This document shows, one piece after another, positions 1 through 9,899 of a stretch of 64,000 nt of DNA. Position numbers and translations under genes: made by a program. Source of the DNA: an uncultured Verrucomicrobiae bacterium (GTDB taxonomy: Bacteria > Verrucomicrobiota > Verrucomicrobiia > Chthoniobacterales > Chthoniobacteraceae). The stretch is from NCBI GenBank assembly GCA_963828525.1, contig CAWHEP010000008.1, forward strand, positions 256,001 through 320,000, in the 5' to 3' direction. Below the pieces are notes generated by a model. The model did not search any database. It was not told the origin of the DNA and was given only the letters and a program-made list of their open reading frames with translations. Position 1 is the first letter of the stretch. Each line of letters begins with the position of its first letter.

Positions 1-365
1 CCACCACCTCGGATGCTTTCCTCGCCGGCCTTTGTGAGGATTTCGGCGCCGATATCATCGTGGTGACACACACCGGGCTTCACTGGCACCGCGAAGTTGC
101 AAAAGCGAAACACCTGGTGAACTGCGGCGCGATCGGCCGGCCCGCAAACGACGGCCACAAGTGGGTATATTACGGGGTTCTCACGGTTGCGGGCGAAAAG
201 CTTTCCGTTGAGTTCATCCCGCTCGAGTACGACGCGCACAAGCTCGCTGGGGAGATGCGCGACGAGGGCCTGCCGGAGGAATTCATCCGCACCATCGAGA
301 CGGGCTGGTGGACAACGTGCCTGGAGGTGCTGCCTATCGAGGAGCGCGCCCGGGGAATTTTTTGA
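1..365 (+). CDS. Metallophosphoesterase-family protein, C-terminal part (5' end outside window)
   Basis: HTGLHW and VNCGAIGRP resemble the GHTH and NPGS motifs of calcineurin-like phosphoesterases; the C-terminal 'F.PLEYD...LP.EF' pattern fits. Confidence 0.65.
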   Translation, partial: TTSDAFLAGLCEDFGADIIVVTHTGLHWHREVAKAKHLVNCGAIGRPANDGHKWVYYGVLTVAGEKLSVEFIPLEYDAHKLAGEMRDEGLPEEFIRTIETGWWTTCLEVLPIEERARGIF

Positions 366-986
366 TCAGAAGGAACGACCAGTGTCACCTGGTGAGGTGA
401 TTACCGGCGCGAGCGGCTGAAGGCGCCCATTCTTAAGCCCGTAAATCCACGCGTGCAGACTGAGGGACTGTCCGCGCTCCCACGCCTCGCGCACCGTGGT
501 AGTTCGAGCCACATTTTCTCGCTGCTGGAGGACGTTCAGCTCGCAGAGGCGATCGACTCGGGAGCCTACTTCCAGATTCGCGAGCTCCGCGTCGTGATCC
601 AAAGCAATGTCCTGGATGTGTAACAGCCAGGCGTCGATCAATCCGTGCTTCTTGTTGTCAATCGCAGCCCGAACACCGCCACAACCGTAGTGACCGCAAA
701 CAATTACGTGACGCACCTTGAGAACATCGACTGCGAATTGGAGAACGGAGAGGCAGTTCAAGTCGGTATGCACCACCACGTTTGCGATGTTTCGATGGAC
801 GAAAACCTCCCCCGGCATCAATCCCACAATCTGATCGGCCGAGACCCTGCTGTCTGAGCAGCCGATCCAAAAGTAATCCGGCGTCTGCTGAAGCGCGAGC
901 TTCTCGAAGAAATCCGGTTCCCTTTCGACGATCTTATTTGCCCAGTTGACGTTGTTTTCCAGGAGTTGTTCAACGGTGTGCTTCAT
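366..986 (-). CDS. can: Beta-class carbonic anhydrase
   Basis: Zn ligands in GCSDSR and HYGCGG; FVHRNIAN; start taken at MKHTVEQLL. Confidence 0.95.
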   Translation of the reverse strand: MKHTVEQLLENNVNWANKIVEREPDFFEKLALQQTPDYFWIGCSDSRVSADQIVGLMPGEVFVHRNIANVVVHTDLNCLSVLQFAVDVLKVRHVIVCGHYGCGGVRAAIDNKKHGLIDAWLLHIQDIALDHDAELANLEVGSRVDRLCELNVLQQRENVARTTTVREAWERGQSLSLHAWIYGLKNGRLQPLAPVITSPGDTGRSF

Positions 987-1199
987 ACCGCACTCATTTA
1001 CACGCTTCCAAATCCAAGCGCGAGGGGTAATCCAAACGGCGGGGTGAGAGGATTCGAACATTCCGCCGCAGGGGCATCTATCATGCTATTTAAGAGCAAC
1101 AGGTTCTAAAATTTCCATAACTTCTCTGCCTTCCAGCGGTGAAGTTATAGCCGCAATAGAGCGCATGATAACATTTTTACTGAATGAGCAAAGAATGCG

Positions 1200-1227
1200 T
1201 TGACAGGAAAAGCTCTGCTGTTACTTT
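1200..1227 (+). promoter_or_regulatory. Sigma70-type promoter for the ORF at 1249
   Basis: TTGACA (1200-1205), 16-nt spacer ending in TGn, TACTTT (1222-1227), 21 nt before the ATG. Confidence 0.55.
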
Positions 1228-1248
1228 CGCGCCTTCTTTCCGACCACA

Positions 1249-1773
1249 ATGCCTATGAAAATAAGTCTGCCCGTTTTTGGATTCCTGGTTTTTTCCGCCT
1301 TTCTGTCTGTTTCCTCCTCCGCTCACGCGTGGAGCAATTCGCTCTACGATCCTACCAGGGCAGTCGTTGTAACGAACAACCCGCTTATCAATTTCGGCCC
1401 CAAGGCTTCCCACTTTCGCTACGATCCCCGAATGATCCGCGCCGCGGAGATCGCGGCAGAAAGAGCGCATCCTCACTCCACGCGGGAATGCTGGCGCTAT
1501 GTAAAAAACGCGCTGGTGCAAGCGCAGGTGGTTGGGTCACGCCCCGGCACAGCGTATGCCAAGGAAGCAGGGAGCGAACTGCGTGAAAAATTTGGCTTCA
1601 AAGAGATCCATGTCCAAGACCCCTACGAAGCGCCGATCGGAGCTGTTCTGGTCTATGGGGGGCATGGCGCGGGGCATGTGGAAATCAGAACCGCCAATGG
1701 TTTCGTGAGCGACTTCGAGTCTCTCGTCCCTTCCAAGAGACCGCTTTTAGGCGTGTTTCTGAAGCCGTCCTAG
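1249..1773 (+). CDS. Secreted CHAP/NlpC-P60-like (papain-fold) putative peptidoglycan hydrolase
   Basis: Signal peptide ending AHA; Cys in ECWRYVK, GAVLVY strand, His in GHVEI. Confidence 0.55.
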   Translation: MPMKISLPVFGFLVFSAFLSVSSSAHAWSNSLYDPTRAVVVTNNPLINFGPKASHFRYDPRMIRAAEIAAERAHPHSTRECWRYVKNALVQAQVVGSRPGTAYAKEAGSELREKFGFKEIHVQDPYEAPIGAVLVYGGHGAGHVEIRTANGFVSDFESLVPSKRPLLGVFLKPS

Positions 1774-1847
1774 ACGGGACGCGCAGGATTCTCGGCGTTC
1801 AGCGTGGCGCGGCCAGCATTGACCTTCTCGCCGCGCGCAGGTAAAAG

Positions 1848-4112
1848 ATGCACGTGCAAAGTCGCCTCCTCGCTCTGCTCGCCATCCTGTGTCTCGGCAC
1901 GAGCTTTGGGCAGATACCGCCCTATCCCTTCCCTCCCTCCCAGGATGGGGATGTCGTTCAGAAGATTCAGTTTCCCAACGCGGATATTACCGCAGTGTTC
2001 CGCTTCTATGAAGCGCTAACCGGAAAGACCCTGCTATGGGACAGCGCGCTGCAGGGCACGCTGAACGTCGTCATCAACAAGCCTCTCACCAAGGAGGAGG
2101 CGATCAAAGTCCTTGAGACGAGTTTTCTACTGAGTGGATTCTCGCTGATTCCCGGAGATGGAAACATCGTGAAGGTAGTGGGCCTGGGAAAAAATCCGAA
2201 AGGCGCCGGAGTTCCCATCTACTCGGAGCCTGACCAGATTCCGCGGAACGACAGAGTGATCACCTATCTGTTCAAGCTGCAGTACGCGGATGCCCAGGAG
2301 CTCGCCACGATCCTGCAGTCCTATATCGGCAGCGCAATGACTACGTACAGTTCCATCGTGCCATTGTCCAAAGCGCAGATCTTGATGGTGACGGAGAGTT
2401 CGACCGTCATCAAAGGTCTGTTCCAAGTGATTTCGGAGGTGGATGTTCCGCCCGCTACAGTTGTATCTGAATTCCTTACCCTCCAGCGCGCTGAGGCGCG
2501 TGACATTCTGGAGAAGCTGCAAAAGATCTTCGAGAAACCACAGAGCGCCGGAAGCACCCCGCTGAATGTCCCCATCTTCAATCGGCAGAATCCGGAAAAT
2601 CCGGGTCAGCCCGGCGGAAACCTTCCGACTTCCGTTCAGATTGGGGGAGAAACGCTTTCGGAAGGCTCGATTATCGTGGGAGCGATCAAGCTAACGGCGG
2701 ATGTCCGCACCAACCGCATTCATGTGATAACGCGGCCCATAAATCTTCCCTTCATTCGCAAGCTCGTGAAAGAGTTTGACGAGGACAGCACATTCGGGGA
2801 GCCGATTGTTCGTCCGCTTAAATACGTCTCCGCGGCGGACGTGTTGAACGTGGTCGTTAAAGCGATCGCGGAGCCCGGGGAAAAAACCGAGGAAACTAGC
2901 GCGCAACAGGGCAGCGATCAGAACAGCACAGGCGCCAAGCAAAACCAAAATACAAACCAGGGTGGAGCAGGAGGAAACAACGGGACGGGCGACTCCACCG
3001 GGGCCCAAGGCTTCACAGAAGAACTGAGCGCAAAGCCTCGGGAGACCACTCCGCAAGCCGTAACGGTCGGGAGCACGAAGATCATCGCCGATAATCGCGC
3101 CAACTCGATCATCGTGCTTGGAACGAAGGAAGTAGCCGCGAAAATCTGCCGCGTCCTGGATGATCTGGATGTGCGTCCGTACCAGGTTCTCCTGAATACC
3201 GTGATTGGAGAGCTGACCCTCAGCGACGGCCAGGAGTTCGGGGTCGATTACCTGCTGCGAACCGGAGGCGGGATTCTCTCCGGCAGCAACTCCACAGGGA
3301 CTACAACGAGTCGCCCTCCGGCCAGCACGGCCGCGATTTCGAGAAACACGAACGCCACCTTGCTTGATCCGTCAAGCCTGCTGACGGCTTCATCCCTTGC
3401 GGCCGCCGGCAGTGGATTCACGGCGTATATCGCTCCAGTCAACTCACTGGAAACAATCGTCCGCGCGCTCGACTCCACCCAGCGCTTTCACATCACCACC
3501 CGCCCAATGGTCTTCACCAGCAACAACCAAAAGGCCATCATCGCGTCAGGGCAGGAGATCGCTGTCCCCGTGTCGAGCCTTACTTCGTTCTCGGCAGGCG
3601 TGACTACGCCGGCCACAAGTTCATCCATCGAATTCAAGCGAGTTGCCACTCAACTGGAGGTGGTGCCGCTCATCAATTCAGATCGGGAAGTTTCGCTCGA
3701 TATCCTCCAGAAGATCGACAGTGTAAACGGAAGCACGACGGTGGATAACAACCAAATCCCCACCATTCAGACGCGCTACATCAAGACAAATGTCAACGTG
3801 CCCAACAAGGCAACAGTGGTGCTGGGCGGCTTGATTACCAAGAATTACACCAACAACCAGAGTGGGCTCCCCTACCTCAGCAAGATCCCGGTGCTCGGCT
3901 GGCTGTTCAAGGATAAATCGACCTCGAAAACACGCACGGAGTTGATCATCCTCATACGCCCGGTGGTGACCGCGACACCCACCGAGACGGTGCTGAATCG
4001 GCAGCGCGAGGAGGAGCGTTTAAATCTCGAGCCCGATCTGGATTCCACGCTCACTCCGCATGGGGGCAAGGTCCGGCCGCAGCAGCGCGAAGAGTCGCCC
4101 ATTTTTAGGTAG
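1848..4112 (+). CDS. gspD: Type II secretion secretin GspD
   Basis: Signal peptide, N0-N3 repeats (LQYADA, ADVRTNRI, ADNRANSII), secretin C-domain (VVLGGLI...LPYLSKIPVLGWLFK...RTELIILIRP). Confidence 0.93.
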   Translation: MHVQSRLLALLAILCLGTSFGQIPPYPFPPSQDGDVVQKIQFPNADITAVFRFYEALTGKTLLWDSALQGTLNVVINKPLTKEEAIKVLETSFLLSGFSLIPGDGNIVKVVGLGKNPKGAGVPIYSEPDQIPRNDRVITYLFKLQYADAQELATILQSYIGSAMTTYSSIVPLSKAQILMVTESSTVIKGLFQVISEVDVPPATVVSEFLTLQRAEARDILEKLQKIFEKPQSAGSTPLNVPIFNRQNPENPGQPGGNLPTSVQIGGETLSEGSIIVGAIKLTADVRTNRIHVITRPINLPFIRKLVKEFDEDSTFGEPIVRPLKYVSAADVLNVVVKAIAEPGEKTEETSAQQGSDQNSTGAKQNQNTNQGGAGGNNGTGDSTGAQGFTEELSAKPRETTPQAVTVGSTKIIADNRANSIIVLGTKEVAAKICRVLDDLDVRPYQVLLNTVIGELTLSDGQEFGVDYLLRTGGGILSGSNSTGTTTSRPPASTAAISRNTNATLLDPSSLLTASSLAAAGSGFTAYIAPVNSLETIVRALDSTQRFHITTRPMVFTSNNQKAIIASGQEIAVPVSSLTSFSAGVTTPATSSSIEFKRVATQLEVVPLINSDREVSLDILQKIDSVNGSTTVDNNQIPTIQTRYIKTNVNVPNKATVVLGGLITKNYTNNQSGLPYLSKIPVLGWLFKDKSTSKTRTELIILIRPVVTATPTETVLNRQREEERLNLEPDLDSTLTPHGGKVRPQQREESPIFR

Positions 4113-4124
4113 GACGGCCAGGGC

Positions 4125-5876
4125 ATGATCTCCCAAGGACGCCAATCGCTGGTCGAGTTGTTGCGGGCGAGCGGTCTCGACGACTCGGACGCCGCGACGG
4201 AATTGGCGAGCAAGCCTGCGAATGGGATATCGTGGACGGCGGAAGTGCTGAATTCCGGCCGGGTGGACGAGCAAAAATTTACGATCCAGCTTGGGAAGCT
4301 CTTCAATACTCCAGTCGAGAGCATTACCGCCAGCGGCATTGAGCGTTCGGCTCTTTCCCAGTTGCCGAGCCGCTTCGTGTTCAAACACCACATCCTTCCG
4401 GTTCAGGCCCGAGAGGACTCTGTTCGCCTCGCGACATACGACGTTTTCAACTCCACAGCACGGCGTCTTGCAAGCCAATTGGTCACAAAGAAGATCGAGT
4501 GGGTGCTGGCGCCTCGCGCACAACTGCTGCGTGTGATCAAGGAGGTGTACGGGGTCGGCGCCGAGACCTTCGACGAAATCCTGAAGACAAACCGCACCTT
4601 CGACGCTTTCGACGAACGGAGCCAGGCCACCGATCTGAATGCCGACGATCCAGAGGCCTCCGTGGTGAAGTTTGTGAATCAGATCATCCGGGAGGCCATC
4701 ATCGAACGGGCAACGGACATCCATGTGGAACCCCTCGAGGATGATCTGCGGATTCGCTACCGGATCGATGGCGTCCTCCATGAGGTGGCGGTGCCTCAAC
4801 AGTTGCGTGTGCTTCAGTCTGCCATCATCTCCCGCCTGAAGGTCATGGCGCAGATGGACATCGCCGAAAAGCGGCTACCTCAGGATGGGCGCATCAATCT
4901 TCAGGCAAGCGGCGAGAACATCGATGTGCGCGTCTCGACAATTCCCACGGTAAACGGCGAAAGCATCAGCCTAAGGCTTCTGACCCGAACAGAGCAGCAG
5001 TTCGGCTTTGAACGTCTGGGGCTCAGCCCGAAACAGGAGAAGGTGGTGCGCGCGTCGCTTGCCCAGCCGAATGGCATCATCCTGGTGACCGGCCCCACCG
5101 GATGCGGAAAATCGACCTCGCTCTATTCCTTCCTGAGCAGCATCAACTCGGTGCAACGCCGCATCATCACCATCGAAGAACCCGTGGAATACAGGCTCGC
5201 TGGCGTGTCGCAGATTGATGTGAAACCGGAGATCGACCTGACCTTCGCCAATGGCCTGCGCGCGATCCTTCGGCAGGATCCCAATGTCATCATGGTTGGT
5301 GAAATTCGCGATGTAGAGACAGCCGAGATCTCCATCCGGGCGGCTATGACTGGTCACCTCGTTTTCAGCACTCTTCACACAAACGACGCGGTTGGCGGCA
5401 TCACCCGCCTCCTCGACATGGGAGTCGAGCCGTTTCTCCTCTCCTCAGTGGTTCGAACCTTTATCGCTCAGAGGCTCGTGAGATGCATCTGCGCCGAATG
5501 CTCGGTACCGGTGACTTACCCGGCCGACTATTTGCGCGAGATCGGATTCCCGGCCGCTCCTGCCCACCAACTTAAACGCGGCAGCGGCTGTGACACGTGC
5601 CGACAGACGGGTTACCGGGGCCGCATGGCGATCTATGAGTTCTGCGTCGTCACGGAGGGGCTGCGCAAGCTCATCATCCAAAAAGCATCGGGCACGGAAT
5701 TGAAACAGCGCGCCATACAGGATGGGATGGAGACACTCCGGCTGGATGGCTGGCGTCGCGTACTCCAAGGCAATACGTGTATTGAAGAAGTCGTGCGGGT
5801 CACGCAAGTGGACGAGATCCTGACAGAAACAACGGAAGCGGAAGCTCCGGCTGACTCCCCGCCGCCGCTCGCATGA
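4125..5876 (+). CDS. gspE: GspE/PilB-family secretion ATPase
   Basis: ATDIHVEP, LPQDGRI, Walker A GPTGCGKS, LRQDPNVIMVGEIRD, His box TGHLVFSTLHTND, tetracysteine CAEC/CDTC. Confidence 0.93.
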   Translation: MISQGRQSLVELLRASGLDDSDAATELASKPANGISWTAEVLNSGRVDEQKFTIQLGKLFNTPVESITASGIERSALSQLPSRFVFKHHILPVQAREDSVRLATYDVFNSTARRLASQLVTKKIEWVLAPRAQLLRVIKEVYGVGAETFDEILKTNRTFDAFDERSQATDLNADDPEASVVKFVNQIIREAIIERATDIHVEPLEDDLRIRYRIDGVLHEVAVPQQLRVLQSAIISRLKVMAQMDIAEKRLPQDGRINLQASGENIDVRVSTIPTVNGESISLRLLTRTEQQFGFERLGLSPKQEKVVRASLAQPNGIILVTGPTGCGKSTSLYSFLSSINSVQRRIITIEEPVEYRLAGVSQIDVKPEIDLTFANGLRAILRQDPNVIMVGEIRDVETAEISIRAAMTGHLVFSTLHTNDAVGGITRLLDMGVEPFLLSSVVRTFIAQRLVRCICAECSVPVTYPADYLREIGFPAAPAHQLKRGSGCDTCRQTGYRGRMAIYEFCVVTEGLRKLIIQKASGTELKQRAIQDGMETLRLDGWRRVLQGNTCIEEVVRVTQVDEILTETTEAEAPADSPPPLA

Positions 5877-5883
5877 TGGCGAA

Positions 5884-7296
5884 TTAGGACTCCGTCTGAC
5901 GGAGAGCAGCGTAGGCGTCGGCAGCCTTCCGAATAGGCCTTACCGGACTTCGAAATTTAAACTCGGAAACTGCCATCCCCAGCCGATTAAGCACATTCAC
6001 CGCGGCGCCTCGGAGTGAAGCTTCGGGCTCCTGGTTCAGGTAGAGGGGCTGATTTAAGACATTAGCAAGGCGCTGCACAGAAGAGGGCGAATGCTGTATC
6101 CCTCCGGAGACTATGAACTTTGGGGCAGTCCCGGCATGAGCGATGATCATCTCCGAAATCGCGGCCACACGCATGTAGCTCGCCTCGATCATCGCCTGAA
6201 GGATGTCCAGGGCAGTCGTCTTGTGTGTGATGCCGGTGATGGAGCCGCGCTTGTCTTCTTCCCACGTCGGGGCCCGCTCCGCCGACCAATATGGCTGCAC
6301 AGTCAGCCCGTGCTCGGGAACCGGCCGCCGCTCCAGTTCGCGTTCGAGGTCGCCATCCAGCCTCATCTCCCGCACGCACCAGGCGCGCAGGTTGCCCGCG
6401 TTGCTTACCGCGCCTCCCACGACGAAACGCTGACGGTCCAGCCGATAACAAAACAAGCCAAAGGGAGCCTCCACCTTTTCGCCCGAATCCATCATCCGCA
6501 GAGCCGCGCTTGTTCCAACATTAAGCGCGGCGAGACCGGGCTTTGTCGCTCCGCAGCCGAGATTGCCTGCCGCGCCATCCCCGATGGCGGGGAACCATGG
6601 GATACCGCGTAACTCGGCGAATCGCGCGGATTTTCCGGCGAATGCCCCTGGAGTTTCGCTGACGGGGTTCAGCATGGCTGCGTTGATCCCGCAACGCGAA
6701 AGAAGCTCGTCATCCCATGCAAGGCTCGCAGGATTGAACAGGCCGGTGCCGCTCGCCATTGAGAAGCCACAATTTGCCGCTCCCAGCATGTCTTCGTAGA
6801 GCCATTCCGCGGGGGACACCCACTTATTCACCCCTTTGTCCCGTTTGACGCGCCTCAGCCACAGAAGCTTTGCGGGCCAGAAGGAAGAGCGCAACATGCA
6901 GCCGGTTCTGCGATGGATTTTGCGCTCCGGCATTTCGTCCCGAAGAGTTCGCGCGTCTTCCTGGCAGCGCGAATCCGCCCATGTGTAAACCGGAGTGACG
7001 GGGCGACCTGCCTGGTCGAGGCCGATGAGGCTGTGCCAAAAACAAGACGTGCCTACCGCGAGGAGCGGAGTGGCGCGCAGCACCTTGTCGGCGCGGTAGA
7101 CGGCCAGCGTGCGATCAAGCGCCTCATAGAGGGCTTTGCGGAGCGCTGCTGTGGGAAGTTCAGCGCCTCCATCCTCGGTGAAGGAAAGATTGTAAGCCTG
7201 CTGAGATGTCGTTTGCACCAGCCGATCACCCGCAGCGCTGAAGAGAGCGGTTCGGAGTGAAGATGTGCCTATGTCTATGGCAAGAACGAGTGACAT
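5884..7296 (-). CDS. FGGY-family carbohydrate kinase, likely gluconokinase
   Basis: IDIGTSS, WADSR, SMASGTGLFN, GDGAAGNLG, GLFCYRLD, ERAPTW. Confidence 0.85.
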   Translation of the reverse strand: MSLVLAIDIGTSSLRTALFSAAGDRLVQTTSQQAYNLSFTEDGGAELPTAALRKALYEALDRTLAVYRADKVLRATPLLAVGTSCFWHSLIGLDQAGRPVTPVYTWADSRCQEDARTLRDEMPERKIHRRTGCMLRSSFWPAKLLWLRRVKRDKGVNKWVSPAEWLYEDMLGAANCGFSMASGTGLFNPASLAWDDELLSRCGINAAMLNPVSETPGAFAGKSARFAELRGIPWFPAIGDGAAGNLGCGATKPGLAALNVGTSAALRMMDSGEKVEAPFGLFCYRLDRQRFVVGGAVSNAGNLRAWCVREMRLDGDLERELERRPVPEHGLTVQPYWSAERAPTWEEDKRGSITGITHKTTALDILQAMIEASYMRVAAISEMIIAHAGTAPKFIVSGGIQHSPSSVQRLANVLNQPLYLNQEPEASLRGAAVNVLNRLGMAVSEFKFRSPVRPIRKAADAYAALRQTES

Positions 7297-7363
7297 GGAT
7301 CGAGCATGGCTGCTATACGGGCGAGATGTTGTATCGCCGGAAGCCGCGCCTCAACAAGGAGCC

Positions 7364-8170
7364 CTAGATGGTCTGTGAAAGAAATCCGCCATCGACCCGC
7401 AGGTCGATGCCTGTGACAAAGCTCGACGCCTCGTGGGAAGCTAAAAACACGGCTGCTCCAACCAGTTCTCTTGCTTCGCCGAAGCGCCCCATCGGAGTAT
7501 GCCCCAGAATTGACCCGGCGCGAGGAGTGGGCGTGCCGTCCTCGTTGAAGAGGAGGCGGCGGTTTTGTTCCGCCGGGAAGAAGCCGGGCGTAATGGAATT
7601 TACACGCACCCCTTTGGGCGCCCATTCGCGAGCGAGAAACTGTGTAAGGTTCAACACGGCTGCCTTCGACGCGGAGTAGGCGACGACCCTTGAGAGCGGC
7701 AGATGAGCCGAGACCGAAGCGACATTAATGATGCTTCCCCTCCCCCGGCGAACCATGGCTCCTCCAATCTCCTGGCAGGGAAGCAGCGCGCCGCCAACCA
7801 GATTAAGATCAAAGTTCTCCTGCCAGTCCTCAATCGTTATCGATTCGAATGAACGGTCCGGGGTAACCGTCACCTTTGGGTCGTTACCCCCCGCGGCATT
7901 CACCAGGATGGAGGGCGCGCCGAATGAAGCTTCCACGGCCTTGTGAGCCGCTGCCAGACTGGCGGTGTCCAAGGCGTCAGCGACGAAAAACTCCGCGGTC
8001 TTCCCCTTATCGCGAATGCGGGACAGCCGACTCTCGCCTCGCTGCTTGTTCCTTCCGAAAATGGCCACGCTGGCGCCCGCCATTGCAAGCCCTTCTGCCA
8101 CCGCGCCGCCCAGAGCGCCAGTCCCGCCTATGATGATCGCCACTTCTCCGCTGAGATCGAAGAGTTCCAT
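7364..8170 (-). CDS. SDR oxidoreductase (gluconate 5-dehydrogenase/mannonate oxidoreductase-like)
   Basis: GGTGALG, NAAGGN, YSASK catalytic motif, PGFFPAEQNR; an alternative start exists at 8197. Confidence 0.88.
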   Translation of the reverse strand: MELFDLSGEVAIIIGGTGALGGAVAEGLAMAGASVAIFGRNKQRGESRLSRIRDKGKTAEFFVADALDTASLAAAHKAVEASFGAPSILVNAAGGNDPKVTVTPDRSFESITIEDWQENFDLNLVGGALLPCQEIGGAMVRRGRGSIINVASVSAHLPLSRVVAYSASKAAVLNLTQFLAREWAPKGVRVNSITPGFFPAEQNRRLLFNEDGTPTPRAGSILGHTPMGRFGEARELVGAAVFLASHEASSFVTGIDLRVDGGFLSQTI

Positions 8171-8180
8171 GGAAGAGGGA

Positions 8181-8762
8181 TTATTTGGCTTTGGCATCGG
8201 CCGAAATTTGAAGGTCTATGTCCACGTCATCGGAGACCACCTCCGCGCCTTCGATAACCTTGTTCCATTTCAGCCCAAAATCGCTGCGCTTGATCTGAGT
8301 GGTGCCTTCCCACCCAGTGGTGAGCCCTCCCTGCATCCCTTTTCCTTTGCCCAGGAACTTCACTCGCATGGTCACTTCCTTTGTCACGCCGTGAAGAGTG
8401 AGATCACCCAGAACGTCAGCCGAGTCGGCGCCGAGGATGCTTACCTTCTTGCTTTTAAACTCCAGCGTCGGGAACTTTTCGGCATCGAAGAAGTCCGCGC
8501 TCTTGAGATGCGTGTCGCGCCGCTCGACGCCGGTGTCAACGCTTCCCGCCTTTATGGTGCAGGTGACCGCGGACTTTTCGGGATGCTCGGGATCTGCCTC
8601 TATGGTTCCAGAAAACTCACTAAAATGCCCAAGGACATTGCTAAAGAGATGGCGCACCTTGAAATTCACGCTGGAGTGCATGGGATCGATCTGCAACGTC
8701 TCGGCATGAACCATTGGGCAGACGAAGAGGGAGACTAGCGCGGCACAAAAGATGGATTTCAT
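8181..8762 (-). CDS. YceI-family periplasmic lipid/polyisoprenoid-binding protein
   Basis: Signal peptide; IDPMHSSVNFKVRH, RDTHLKSADFFD, GDLTLHGVTK. Confidence 0.92.
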   Translation of the reverse strand: MKSIFCAALVSLFVCPMVHAETLQIDPMHSSVNFKVRHLFSNVLGHFSEFSGTIEADPEHPEKSAVTCTIKAGSVDTGVERRDTHLKSADFFDAEKFPTLEFKSKKVSILGADSADVLGDLTLHGVTKEVTMRVKFLGKGKGMQGGLTTGWEGTTQIKRSDFGLKWNKVIEGAEVVSDDVDIDLQISADAKAK

Positions 8763-8863
8763 GGAAGCAGCCTAGAATCGAAACTCTTAAAAGAGAAGGG
8801 AAAAGAGGGAAGCAACCGGGCTGTCCCGCTCACCACGCCCCTTCTTCGCAGGACACGCCGTCC

Positions 8864-9700
8864 CTATTTCGTCAGCACAGTTGGCGAGTTCTGTTTGCTG
8901 GCAATATTGCTATGCCTGGAATTGATGACGAAGTCGTTATTATCCCCCAGCCGCGACCAGGGACCGGGCGGGACTTCGCGGAATTCCACAAAGCGCCAAT
9001 CGGTAATATCCGTAGGAGCGAGCGCAAGGTAATCTCTTACCGCGGGAGAGACGTCCAGTCCGGCTCCCCCGTTCAGATTTGGTTTCGGAAGGTCGGTGCC
9101 AAACACATACTGCCAGTGGTCGGTTCGGAAGGGGCCGCAATCGGACCACTGCGCATAGGCCACCCTGTTCCCGTGCCGAATAGCGATCCAACGATCCCGG
9201 CAGACAGACTTGCCCGGACGCTCGAATGCCTCCTTTATCCACGGAATAACCTGGAAGGATTCCGGCTTGGTAGACCCGCGGGTGACGTCGTTAAACGGAA
9301 GCGCGCAGTAGAAGGGATTTTGCCGCGGAGTAAATGCGATGGGCAGGAAGTTGCGGCGGGCATTTGGGTCTGGATTGTCGAAGCCTCCGAAGCTGCCTTC
9401 CCAGTCAGGATCCCATGAACTTGAGTGATTCGGCGTGGGGTTGTTTGGGGTAGGCCGCTCGCCCACCCAAAAGATCGTTGTTCGAATGCCGGTTTTCCAA
9501 GGGAACCGAGGCCCGCCGAAGAACCAGGAGCGGCCTGTTGTAGGAACGATGACCTGTGGCTCAATCCGCAGGAGGGCGCTTTCGCGGAGCTTCATCGCGT
9601 ATCTCGCGAAATCGGCGCTGCTCTGGTAAGGCGACTGCGCAAAGACAGCGCTTGCCGCTCCAGCCAGAGCCATCAACGTTGGGAGGAGACGTGATTTCAT
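8864..9700 (-). CDS. Secreted hypothetical protein, possible double-psi beta-barrel (RlpA/expansin-like) glycan-active domain
   Basis: Signal peptide MKSRLL...AVFA; TTIFWVGE, NPFYCALPFND, AQWSDCGPF, GLDVSPAV resemble the D.GP and LDLS..A motifs of DPBB domains. Confidence 0.5.
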   Translation of the reverse strand: MKSRLLPTLMALAGAASAVFAQSPYQSSADFARYAMKLRESALLRIEPQVIVPTTGRSWFFGGPRFPWKTGIRTTIFWVGERPTPNNPTPNHSSSWDPDWEGSFGGFDNPDPNARRNFLPIAFTPRQNPFYCALPFNDVTRGSTKPESFQVIPWIKEAFERPGKSVCRDRWIAIRHGNRVAYAQWSDCGPFRTDHWQYVFGTDLPKPNLNGGAGLDVSPAVRDYLALAPTDITDWRFVEFREVPPGPWSRLGDNNDFVINSRHSNIASKQNSPTVLTK

Positions 9701-9899
9701 TGGGCTTCGCGCCTTCATAAATGAAGGCCCATGCAGGGTAAAGGGATAATTCTCCGTTTGCCCGATTTTTGACGGAAGCGGCATGAAAAATACATTAATA
9801 AGTCAGGTTCGAGACGCAAGGCCGCATCAGGGTACAGAAAGCAGCAAGTGTGCCGAAATGACCTGGTCGCAGCATTGGGCCACTGGAGGCGTTAGCAGG

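Noticed and set aside
1117..1148. loxP-like site (ATAACTTC...GAAGTTAT)
   Set aside because: Only the outer 8 bp of each arm match, the length is 32 rather than 34 bp, the inner GTATA/TATAC is absent and no recombinase gene is in the window
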